From Moniliella sp. 'wahieum' (lineage: Eukaryota), in NCBI GenBank assembly GCA_003971905.1, contig RSEE01000020.1, positions 124,001-188,000 of the forward strand: a stretch of DNA of 64,000 nt, written 5' to 3'. Position numbers and translations under genes: made by a program. This document shows, in pieces, positions 53,301-64,000 of this stretch (its first letter is position 1; each line of letters starts with the position of its first letter). The notes below the pieces were generated by a model, which had not been told where the DNA came from, did not search any database, and saw only the letters and a program-made list of their open reading frames with translations.

Positions 53301-53533
53301 GCCTCTCCGGCCAACTGAAGCTGGGCTTCCAAGCCGTACTGGGTCGTACGCGGCGTCCCGACCAGCTTGTATCCTGGGCAGGAGGTCACGTCGAACGAGG
53401 GTTTGACGCTTGAGGCATTGGTGTCGCGACGCAACTGTTCCTCAAACAGATCTGTCGCGGAGCCCATAGGAAAGGCACGGACCACGCCCGCAGCCAAGGC
53501 GGACGCGGCGAGCGCCGAAACAGAGAGCTTCAT
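50334..53533 (-). CDS. Secreted GH31 alpha-glucosidase; intron 51284-51388; frameshifted
   Basis: Signal peptide MKLSVSALAASALAAG, SCPGYKL, YRAIGGTLDF, WSLGFHMCRWGY, WNDIDYM, GLWLDMNE (nucleophile), HWLGDN (acid/base), GADVGGF, FSPFFRVHN. Confidence 0.95.
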
Positions 53534-54752
53534 GAGTGAAGAAGGAAACTGTGCGAAGGAGGGGGTCAGATCCACGCCATTCAACATTCGGAGGCTGGGG
53601 TGGGTGGGCCGGTGCGCACGTACAAGCTCCTTTCTGGTGCTTGCGGATAAAAAGGTGGCCAAAAAGTCGAGGCGTAAAGGGGAGGACGAGATGGAGGGCC
53701 AAAGAGCGCTCAGCCCGACCGGCTGATGTATATACCTGTGGGGTATTGTCCGACCGGAGCTTGCCGGCAGTCGTCGGGGGGCGCGTGCACTATCCTGGAA
53801 GGCCCGTGCACGGGGGGGACGTGTTGGGCAGGCACAGCGGCTGGGGGCATGGCGGCTGTCGGGGTCGATCGGATGATTTTGTGGGGCTGCTATGCAGCGG
53901 TGGGGGCGGCAGAAACACACCAGGCAGGAGGCAGCACTGCAGGCCCACCTGCATATGTATCTGCGCTTGGTGTCGCAGCAGCAGCGCCCAGCAGGAGCCC
54001 GCTGTCCCTCCCTCCAGAGACGCTGGCAGGAACGAGTTATCCGGTTATGCCGGTTATGACCGACCCAGATCGATGATCACGCTGCTGGCTGGGAACCAGC
54101 AGCTCTCTTTCTGTCTGTTTGTGGTGGGCTCGCGGGGATTTCGGCAGCCCCTCTCAACGGCTCAACGCCCAACGTTCAACCGCATTTGTTAGCAGACAGG
54201 GGGCACTCTGGGATGTGCAGCGGCGGGCCAGGCGGGGCATGGAAGGCCATGGAATATGGATGGCCAGATGACCACTAGTGCACTAGTGGTGCATGATGGG
54301 TGACTGAGTGACTGGTACTGAGTACTGAGGCCTGTTTGAACTTTGACGCGTGACGCTCGGCAAAACGTCGGCGGAACTACCCCACACCCTCCGCACGAGC
54401 CCCATGTCTGAGTTCCACCGCTGGGACTCTCGCGCCGCACAGCGTCAGTATTCCGGGACTTGGCGTTAGCCTGAGCCGAGAAGCTCGCACTAGCCCACTC
54501 ATACAGTGGGTGCAGCTGGTGCGCCGATGCGCCGATGCGCCGATGGGTCGATTGGCCGATGCCGTAAGGGATTGTCGTATGTATTACTCCACATTCTCCC
54601 TCTCGTCTTTGTCTAACTCCGTACGTAGCCGTGCTCGTGCGCGTGAACCTTCTCCGGTACCTCATCGATCCCTCATCCTTCTCGCGCCCCTACCCGTCGC
54701 GCACATCATCATTGATTACCTTCATAACATAATGCTTCGTAATATATGATAC

Positions 54753-54780
54753 GCCTTAAGCTCTGTCAATGAAATGGACG
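54753..54780 (+). repeat. 28-bp partial copy of the dispersed repeat, flanked by TGATAC direct repeats
   Basis: GCCTTAAGCTCTGTCAATGAAATGGACG; TGATAC at 54747-54752 and 54781-54786. Confidence 0.75.
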
Positions 54781-56644
54781 TGATACCCGGGACAGGCCGT
54801 GTTTTCTCTCCTTCAAGCTTCACTAGTCACTCCACACCTCGTCACACCCGGGGAGCTCTATCGAGCAATACAACAGTTATGCAATAAACTCATCTACAGA
54901 AGAGGGTGTAGTACGCTGAGCGCTGAGCCTCAGCGCTGATGGCACAGTAGTATAGAGAGACTTCATTTGGATTTTGTGTATCGAGTGCGATGCATGATGC
55001 GCCATTTTCACGTGTGTTCTCCAAAGCTGTCGCCGCTGGGGATGGCAAGCTAAACATCTGTGACGCTCTGAAGAACAGGAGACATAGTAATTAGTAACTT
55101 TTGTAACATAAGCCCCATTTCAGGAGGGACGCTAATAGAACATTGACTAAGTGCCAGTGATTTCCCCCTGGTTCCCCGCTGGCCGCGGAAGACGCAAAAA
55201 CTCAAAAGAGATGTTTTTTGCCGCCGTTGTTTTGCTCATCTCACTTTCAGGTAGATCTACCACTACACTCCTCAGATGCCATTGAATGATACAGCAGCTC
55301 TCAGATCTCACGCCTCTCCTAAAAAACCTCTGTTACTCTATATGCGAAGAGGTCTGGCTTCACAAAGACTAGAGACGTTTAGATCATTTCACAAGGAAAC
55401 ATCCTTCTCTACCCCCTCCTGCCTTTGCTCCCCCCCTCCTAAGCACACAGAGTCTATATAAATCTTGGAACTGAGCGTTTCACCGAGCGCACAAGTCAGC
55501 CCTTGAATGCGAGATGATCGATGAGGTCGTGGCTTCACCTGAGGGCCTGAGGTCTGTGCCTCAGATCTCAGACCGGGGGGACCGCCTCCTGAGACACGAT
55601 TGTATGATTTTTCTCTGTTCTTCAAGCTTCATTAACGTTTAACGTTTAACCATTGTCAATAAGGCCATTCACGCGGAGCACTCTGTGCGCTGATGCGCTG
55701 GTGCCTGAGGCCTGAGGCCTGATGAATCAATGAGGCCATGATGTATGAGCATGAGGCCAGTCAGTCTCTATAATCACACGTGTATAATAGTTGGTCTCTG
55801 ACATTTCGTGCGTCTGCATCTCGTGGTTATAGTTATGCTGTTTTCGCACAAACTGTATCAGATCTCAGATATAAGATCTTATTAGATCGAGGGCATAAGC
55901 GCCACTGAGCCAAAATTCCTATTTAGGTAGACCCGCGTGGTTGTTCTCTGTTGCCATCGTGGCATAAAAATGACCGCGAGATGTGACATGATATGGGGCA
56001 TGTGGGGGATGTGGTATGTGGCATGAGATGGACCCGCGATACAACTAGGATGATATAGCTATAGCCAATCCACTCGCACGCATTTCCTTTTTGTCTCCCG
56101 CATGTCCTCTCCCTTCTCAACACCACACCACTTCCTTCCTCTGCTCTCTCTCGCTCGATTTGATACTTGAAGCAATATCCCGCGCGGGTTGAGTTGTGCC
56201 TCCTGGAGATTAATCGGCGCGGTTCAAGCACCAGGATCGTATCCTTTTCTCCGTCTCTCTACAAAAAACGCCCACACGCGGGTGGTTTTCACCAGATGTC
56301 GAACGAGAGCCGAACGAGCGGGAGGGAGGGCTTCGTCGTCCGGCCGCACCAACTTCCAACAATATGCAACAGCTACGTCCAAAACAAAGTAGACTCACAA
56401 CATAATATGTCAGGATGCATCTCAATCATTTCAAGCTTCAAGCTGGTCATACATCGACCACATACAGTAGATATAAACCTACACGAGCTGTAACATGCGA
56501 ATACAGTTCTGATGGTCCACGGCTTCTTCAATTGTGCTCGCGAATGAAGCTGCATGATGGTAGTTGACATGCGACAGAAATACACCCTTCTCCCTATGGT
56601 TGTTGGCTTGGAATAATGAAAATGCCTGGTGATATACTACGTTG

Positions 56645-56699
56645 CGTCCATTCCATTGACAGGGCTTAAGGCTGGGACAGGGGAAACGCTACGTCTAAA
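56645..56699 (-). repeat. Dispersed ~53-bp repeat, inverted copy
   Basis: Reverse complement TTTAGACGTAGCGTTTCCCCTGTCCCAGCCTTAAGCCCTGTCAATGGAATGGACG. Confidence 0.8.
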
Positions 56700-56788
56700 A
56701 TACTACTGTAAAATGATATGCAGCTGCCATCAAACAGTCATATACGGAAAAACGTGTTCATAGTATGATGGCTAGAACAAAAGATTCA

Positions 56789-59104
56789 TCACATACGCAA
56801 CCTATATATACATTCTTCGTTTGATCCACTGGACTCGAGCGCCATACTTCCTCTCTTTTTAAAGGGGGACAGCAAGAAGAGTGGTGCCGTCGAGCTGTTC
56901 TCAATCCCAGTCGGCGATGCGCTTGCCGAGGAATCGGGAGTCATGCCGCTTTTTGACGCACCCACTTTTGGCGACGGGGTGGGAGAAGCCAACACGACTT
57001 TCGACGAGACAGACGCATCCGCCGACGATGAAGCGCCGGACGACGGGGAGAGGAGCGCCAGGGAGGAGCTCGCTGCATCAGCCGTTGGGGAACGGTAGGG
57101 GTAGGCACCACTGTCGATGAAGGCTGGAGCTGCGAGGACGAAGCAGGCAAGGACTCCGACGACGAAGGGCTGACGCTAGAGCTGGACTTGGCCGGCTTCA
57201 CATAGGAAGAAGTTGGAGTGGCAGAAGCTTGGTCTGATACCGACGAAGGCACAGAAGTCCCCTTATCTGCCTTGCTCTCCGACCACGACTTACTCGCATG
57301 GCCTGCCCAATCCGATCCCGCCGACGACGAGGCGACCGAAGAGGAGACAGGCATCCAAGACGAGGCCGATTCCCACCCCGTAGGTGAGGAAGATGGCGAC
57401 CCAAGAAGACGAGCTGTGCGCATTTGGTACTACGCTAGACGAGGGGTAGTCGGAAGCTTGAACCGAGGACGAGCTAGCAGAGGCGTGGGCGTGTTGCGCC
57501 TCTGACGGCAAAGCCGAAGCGGTGGGAAGACTGCTGCTCGCGTCGGGAAGGCTCTGACTCACACTGGACGCAACCGGCGTCGAAGCGTTCACGCTAGGGT
57601 ACACCTGGACGGTAGAGCCGTTGGTCACCGTCACCGTCACGGTAGGACTCGGAGCAGAGTAATGACTGTGCCGGGTTGGCGTGAGCGTAGCAAGGGAAGA
57701 TGAAGCGACGCTAGACGAGTCGGTGAGCGAGTTCCACTTGTAACTTGTCGACGAGATTGGGGTAGCCGAGTTGGAGGCCGGGGCGGGTTCCCCACTCGGG
57801 CTGGCAGAAGGCGAGGAGACCGACTGATGGGTCGCCACAGATGCGGACGGTGTGCCCGTCTGGCCTGATGAAGACCCGTTTGAACAGTGAGGAATCCGAA
57901 GAGGCGGCTCTGCCGCGGCGGGACAAAGGTCAAGTCGAGGAATTTGGTTTTCGACACGGAAAAGCTCTGTGCCTCATGGTTGGTCACCAACGCCTCAATA
58001 CTGGTAGAGTTGGGGAGGTTCGAAGCCTGGGAACCAAGCAGTTGGTTCTGCTGCCGAGCTCCATCGGTAGCGTTCTTGGCAGGCTTGCCCCAGCTGCCTG
58101 TAGTACCGAACCGGCGTGCTCCTGGACGAAGAGAGGCAGCACTGGCCGGAAAGAGGAGAATACTGGAACCGCTGGCTTGACGGTTCTCCCACATAGCCGG
58201 GAGAGTAAGTGCAGGGCTCGAGGTGCAGCGGTGCAGGCGGCATCGTGGCGAAAGTGGCACACCAGTTCTGGGCTGTCGCCGTCGCATTCAGCAAGGGCAC
58301 AACAACATTGACCGTGATCGTGTCGAGTGCTGTATCCGTCACAGCCGAGCTCGCTCCGCTTGCCGATGACGGAGAATCATCTCACCCAGCAATTGCTGCT
58401 CGGTTGCATCAGTAGGGACCAAATACAGGAGCGTGCGTTCGAACTTGCTGGCTTGGAGCGTATAGTTGGTCACAGTGGCATCCAAGAGAGCGAGATCATG
58501 CGCATCCTTGGTCGTAATGTTCTGACTCGCCAGGGTAGCATTGGACTGAGCAAGGCTGGTATTGTAGACCGTGTGCAAGACAATGTTTCCGATAATTTGG
58601 TCCTTACTGGGAGTTCCAGCAGGCTGACCACGGGAGGGAGCATCATTGTACGTGTCGTGCGCAACAGTGACATACCGGGAATTGAGCTTGGACCAGCCAA
58701 AGAGCCATCCCGCTTGCAGTTAGAAGTCTGTAGAGGATAGGGGGAAATGGATCAGTATATGTCACGACCGGTAGGAGGTAGGCTGGGGGGGACCGAGTGC
58801 TGGAGTGAAGACATACCATGTTCACTTTCGACCTCTTCTGTTGGCGGGAAGAGTTGGGACGATGGGGCTTGCGGGCAGAGAAGCGCTGCTCACCGGGGCC
58901 ACTAGGGCCTTGGGCGCGAGCCCAACCGGGTTGAGCCGCCTTGAAAGGGTGAGCAGGGGCTGCACCGCGGGGTTGAGAGTACTTTCGCTGTTGCAGGTCG
59001 CGGCCGGGGTTGGAGTTGACAGGATAAGCCTGAACGACGGGGCTGCTGCCAACCAGGGCGAGCAGTCCCGTCATGGCTGCAAAGGCGGGCGAAAGGACGA
59101 CCAT
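56789..59104 (-). CDS. Secreted protein with a small Cys-containing globular domain and a long Ser/Thr-rich region; intron 58728-58816; 3' end approximate
   Basis: Signal peptide MVVLSPAFAAMTGLLALVGSSPVVQAYP, NWCATFATMPPAPLHLEPC..SQRFQYSP, multiple NxT/S sequons, Ser-rich stalk. Confidence 0.7.
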
Positions 59105-60707
59105 TCTGGGTTAAGGTTGCAAAAGCGACAATAAGAGGGGTGGGGGAGGAAGGGTAGAGGTATGCACGGGGGTCACCAGGACTCGAGGCAGACGATGAGA
59201 GGATGGGGAGCACAGCCAGCTGTGAGGGGAAAGAAGAGAGCACCAGGCTCAGGGCAAGGGGGTGGCAGTGAGTTGGTTTGCAAAGCACAGATGGAGGTGG
59301 GGGAAAGAGAAGGGGACACACCTGCCCAACCGCTCTACGTTGTTATATACTGTCCGTGCGGATGGGAGCAGGGCAGGGGCCAGTGCGACCGGATCCGCTC
59401 CATCTACCAACACCAACAGCCGCGCTGAGCTGCCTGCTGAGGCAACGCGGCCCCGACGCATAGAGTCTACGCGAGCATGTCGGGGATTGGAGAGATTATG
59501 GTTGATCGATTACCGCGGCCAATTGCCCTGGGCGGTCTGATCGATCTGCTCGATGGCCGTTGTTCTGTGTTTCCTCAGAGAGCGCCTACTCAGTAACTCA
59601 GTACTGAGTGTATAGTGCAGTCATAGTCAGTAGTACTCAATACTCAGTTGATGCAGGCGATGCAGATCATTGATCATCTAACAGAAACCATCAACACCAT
59701 CGACACCATCAAAACCACGGCTAATAAACTAGGCTTGCCATTTTGGACCGGGGGCGGGTGGCCGTATAGTTGTTACCAGGCACTAGGTAGGTACAACTAG
59801 TTCCTAGCTTCGGTCAAATTCAAATGTAGACGCTAACCTTCCTCTGACGCGTCTGACGCCCGCGCATACGCACGACACTGGCGCAGTGGCCCTGTCTCCC
59901 GGCAACCCGGCGCCATGGGGTTGCAAATTGCACGGCCAAGCCAGGGCGTTGTCTGCGGTGCCGGCTTGGCTCTGTGCCAGAAACGGAAGGTCTTTCTCGG
60001 CGAAGGCCATACATTCCACCTTCAGCGTTGCTACTCCGCATGTCAGTCAGTACTGAACTCTACTTTGTACTCAACTCAGTCTGAGTACTCATACTCAGTA
60101 CTCAGTCTGAGATCGGAGCTGAGGCGCTGAGGGTGCTGAGCCGCTGAGGCCTGAGGAGTCGCCAACTGACAGCGACAGAGAATCCTGGGAGGGTGGCATG
60201 CGCGGGCGTCACACGCCACACGTCAACAGGGACGCGGCAGGGGGGGCACTACAATGTCTACCTTCCTCTTGCGGCAATGCGCACTTTCTTTGCCAAGCAC
60301 CCAGTCCAGCTGCCTGCTCTGCGGTGGCACCAGTCACACTCACGACGAGTCACTACGAGTAGTCAGCAGGCTACCCGCCATCGCAAGGTGACATTCCCAT
60401 CTACGCACCCCACCTTCTCTCTCTGCCACCCTCCCCCACAAGTCCTATGCCAGCAGACATCAGCAGCAACTCGGCACTACTAGGCCATACTCGCGCATCC
60501 CAGCTTGCAGTATCATGCACACCACCAACATATCACATTGCAGGTCGGCGCCCACAGGCGCCCACCAGACGGACCATCGCTTCATACTCAGATTTCAGAT
60601 CTTGAGATCTCATCGTCATCCCAAACACACCTCACGCCCCGCGTTCGGCTCGGCGCTCACACGCTCACCCCACAGTGGCCACCCGGACCGACGGAAGGCC
60701 GAAGGCT

Positions 60708-60757
60708 TGAAGCTTCCTTGAAGCTTGAAGCTTGAAGCTTGACATGTGACATGTGAC
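60708..60757. repeat. Compound heptamer array (TGAAGCT)n followed by (TGACATG)n
   Basis: Seen directly. Confidence 0.85.
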
Positions 60758-60793
60758 AGCGCTCATGCGCGCATAGGGGTGTGGTCGACCAGC

Positions 60794-63700
60794 CTAATCC
60801 GATCTTGAGCGAAGCTGGGATCTCGTCTTGCCTGTGCACCTTCCCACGCAGCGCCATGAGCTGCGCCACCTCTGCGTCCGAATAGGCAATGTCCGATGGG
60901 CGCTCCTGCAAACCTCCCCTTTCAAACAAGTCACTTTGGCCGTTTTTGAGTGCCTTCTCCAGCTCCTCCACCGGGAACGCATCCAGCCTCCGTACCATAC
61001 CAGGCTTGGCAAGCTCCGTCTGCACCCATGAGTGCAAATGCGACTCGGCACTCTCGTTCGTCACAAGGTTGAGGACCAGCAGCGACTATCATACCAAAAC
61101 GTGTGAGAGAATAATTCAGAGCACGATCACTCCCAAGCAGAAGAGGACGTACCTTTTGTTGCCCAAAGCGCCAAACGTAGCCAAGGTTGAACCAATTGGT
61201 CATGGGCACCAAGTCTTGTCCGAAAAACTGAAGGCCGCAACAGGTAAGCGACGCGCCTAAGGGCACCACAAAGGGGGATGGAAAGACTAAGACGTACGAT
61301 CACTGTGTCAGCAGCAAGCAAGTTCAAGCTCGCCGATCCTACCCGTGAGTGAAGGAGAAGCACTGATTGCTGCCCTCTCCTGGTTCCAAGTTTGTTGGGC
61401 AAGTTCAATGTCCTCCTTGCTCGACTGACGGTCGATACGAAGGTAGTTGTAATGCATCACGAGCAAGAGCTCTTCAATGACATCCAGGTCCATCGCTAGT
61501 GACGGGACAATCACGCACCGGTGTCCCGTCGCGGCTAGTTCGCTCAGAAGCTGAGTCAGGAGCGTCAACTTGGCACTGCCTTGCAGCAATTGGGAAATGG
61601 AGGGGTTGAGGTCGTGGTTCCTGTTCAAGTACTTGTCTCCGCACAGGAACGTGTTTTGGCACACCCTCAACAGCTCCAAGAGAATGGACAGCATGCCCTC
61701 TCTGGCGAGTCTGGGCTTAGCCCGCGCTGCCGGCGCACATAGGGCCTCGATATTACTCAAATTCCGACACAGAATGTTATGGTATAAGACCTTCTGGGGT
61801 GCTGCCAGCGCCGTCGATACCACCAGCTCCGTCACTCGCAATCCTTCTTCTGCCAACAGTTCGGTTCGGCCCCGAAAGCCAGTAAGGCTGAAGTTCTTGT
61901 TCCATCTCCATCCGCCCAGGTACGTCCTCAAGTGCGGCAGACCGACCTGGTGTATCGGTGGTATGAATCGTGTTGAATACGTTGGCCAAGAGAGATGGGG
62001 ATAAGGCAGTGTCAGAGAAGAAGATTCCTCTCGAGGAGAGGATCTGTTCCATGTGCTGCGCTCGAGATCAGTACAGGCGGAAGCGTGGAAAACGGTCAGT
62101 TCCCAATGTTGGACCCGTTGGTTCAACATCTTCAGCAACGCATGATCGCTTGCATCTGCCACCACCACCTCCGCTTTGAGGTCAGTCAGGCCAGGTACGG
62201 AGGCAATTGTCGATGCGGATGGGTGGAAAAGCTCATAGGCCTCTAGAACATTGTGGTCCCCTTCAATGCCGACAGTGTTGGCAGAAGGAAGCCACATACG
62301 AAATGCGCGAACCCAATGTGCGATGGTGTGCCTTGGAACAAGGAGGAGGAACGGAGAAGCTTCGCGGACGCTGAAGAGCCAAGAGATGAACTGAACAATC
62401 TCAGCTGTCTTTCCCATCCCCGAATCGTCCGTAAGGATCACAGGGCGCATTTGGGCCCAAAGGTTCATCATTTCGCGAACCGTATCTTGTTGATATGGTG
62501 CCAGAACGCCCTCAGCATCGCAGCTTGCAAACCCTTCAGACTCAGTAATGGCTCTGCTTTGTCCTGACCGGGGCTTCGAACGAGAACGTCACGAGCGTTG
62601 AGGTGGCCGTAGTAGGCATCCACGAAGCTAGCGCGGTATGCTTCATCTTCCAGACTTGCTTGAGTCACTTCGACCCACGATGCATCTCCATAGTCTAGTC
62701 CAACCCATTTGACAAGCGCCCACGCCACGTGCGTTATCGTCTTGCTCGCCTCGGACGGATTTAGTATTTGGGTGCCATCCAGCTGAGCAATGTGAATCAA
62801 GCCACGGATCGAGCGGGGGGGGATGCCTGCCGGACATTCACGTAGCACATTCAGCGACTTCTCCGTCATACGCACCCCAATCTCTGCCAACTCGTTCGAA
62901 GGGAGGATAGAGGCCGATAGTAAATATCGAGGATGCGCTCAGGGACCATCCAGCTGGCTGGAATGCGTTCCGCTGCAGACGGATCCGGTCCTGGCCGTTT
63001 CTTGCCCACCTGGCTTGAAATCAGGTTGATCGGGTGGAACGGGAAAACGGGGAGAATGGTAATGCACCCACGGCTCATTTGGGTTGTGTTCGAGTTGCTC
63101 CCACTTGTCGGCATCCGCAATCGCTGTATACTGAGCGCGAGTCCAGTGACGGATGTTGGGAATAGCCCGGGGCTGACTTGGGGAAAATGGCTGGCTCTTG
63201 GTGCTAAACGATTTGAGCAAGGTGGGAAAGACCCGCTCCAGCCATATGCGCGGCACCCAAGCCGTCGAACGCCACGACTCATTGGTGAACTTGACGAGGT
63301 ACTCATGCGTAGTAACTCGAGTTTCCCGTGCTCAACGCCATGGTTCATGGCGCGAACCTTTTCTGCATTTTGAGGGCTGGCTGGGCGCCATGCCAAGATC
63401 TTCTCCACCTGAGGCCACTGGAAACAGTCAGGGCAGTTCCAATGCTCCAAGATCTGGACGCGGAACGAAGCGGCATATTCAGTTCCAGGGGCGTTGTGGT
63501 AAGCGGTAACGAGACACTCATAGTGCGCAAATCGCCTGCACCTGATACAGCGGAACACAGGCCGAGCATAGTCTCCTAGCTCTGACACATCATCATCGCT
63601 CTCCTGGCCCCACTTTTCATCGGCCTCTTGGAGAGAACGCCAACGGGGTCCAAACCACAGATGTAACACAGCGCCGGCTCTTCGTAGCATGTCATGCAGG

Positions 63701-64000
63701 GAATGTCCTCGCGGACCATGCTAGCAGGAAGTCGGTTAAAACGGGCGGTCTACGACCCTTGGGAGCCATTCTGCATTCTCCTCATTGATATCACTCAGAA
63801 TGCTGGCCTGGCGGTCCTTGGAGAGGCACTTGAAATGGAGGGCGGCGGTGCACTCGGTACAGCGCAGCCAGGCCCCCAAAGAGGCAATGGAGAACTGGCT
63901 GGCGGCGGTGGCGGAGGAAGGCATAGTGAATGATTGGTTGACACCATTGCTGAGCATTTGGTATTGCGAGGCAGGCGCGGGGGGCAGCTTGCACACCTGA
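60794..64000 (-). CDS. CHD/Mi-2/Mit1-like chromatin remodeler: PHD-type fingers, chromodomain-like segments, SNF2-like helicase lobes; 5' end outside the window; frameshifted
   Basis: WLRCTECTAALHFKCL, FRCIRCRRFAHYECL, WNCPDC..VEKILAWRP, ALVKWVGLDYGDASW, ILTDDSGMGKT, SAKLTLLTQLL, LDVIEELL..YLRID, LNLLAADTVI, RFGQQK. Confidence 0.85.

Noticed and set aside
1..64000. Mass pseudogenisation or programmed frameshifting suggested by frameshifts in nearly all genes
   Set aside because: Essential genes (CCT7, KAE1, RPL28) are affected equally. The breaks I examined are 1-nt losses, often in short homopolymers or dinucleotide runs, and the protein motifs are otherwise intact. This is the signature of unpolished long-read error.

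Overview
Gene-dense, GC-rich eukaryotic DNA. The short GT-AG introns (GTACGT/GTATGT donors, CTAAC/CTGAC branch points), low intron density and gene set point to a basidiomycete fungus, probably Ustilaginomycotina-like (inference). About 22 coding loci are visible, including an alpha/beta hydrolase, a GPI-anchored protein, a GH105-like glycosidase, SLP1, SRAP/HMCES, a G-beta subunit, galE, FBP1, a NEDP1-like protease, TatD, KAE1, CCT7, RPL28, EDE1, a GH31 alpha-glucosidase and a CHD/Mit1-like remodeler. Nearly every gene, including essential ones, is broken by 1-nt frameshifts. These are best explained as uncorrected long-read indels, so many boundaries are approximate. Main highlights: (1) an intronless UDP-glucose 4-epimerase of bacterial (Lactobacillales-like) rather than fungal type, sitting among fungal genes, i.e. 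a probable horizontal transfer; (2) an unannotated gene whose N-terminal half resembles a gasdermin-type pore-forming domain; (3) intergenic DNA full of one grammar of short palindromes and 7-mer repeats, TGA+[4-nt palindrome]; (4) a CLK-like pseudokinase, a CHD-like protein with degenerate ATPase motifs and a divergent G-beta; (5) a dispersed repeat of about 53 bp that may be a transposon end. No rRNA, tRNA or CRISPR array was recognised. All family assignments come from motif recognition by eye; no database search was run.
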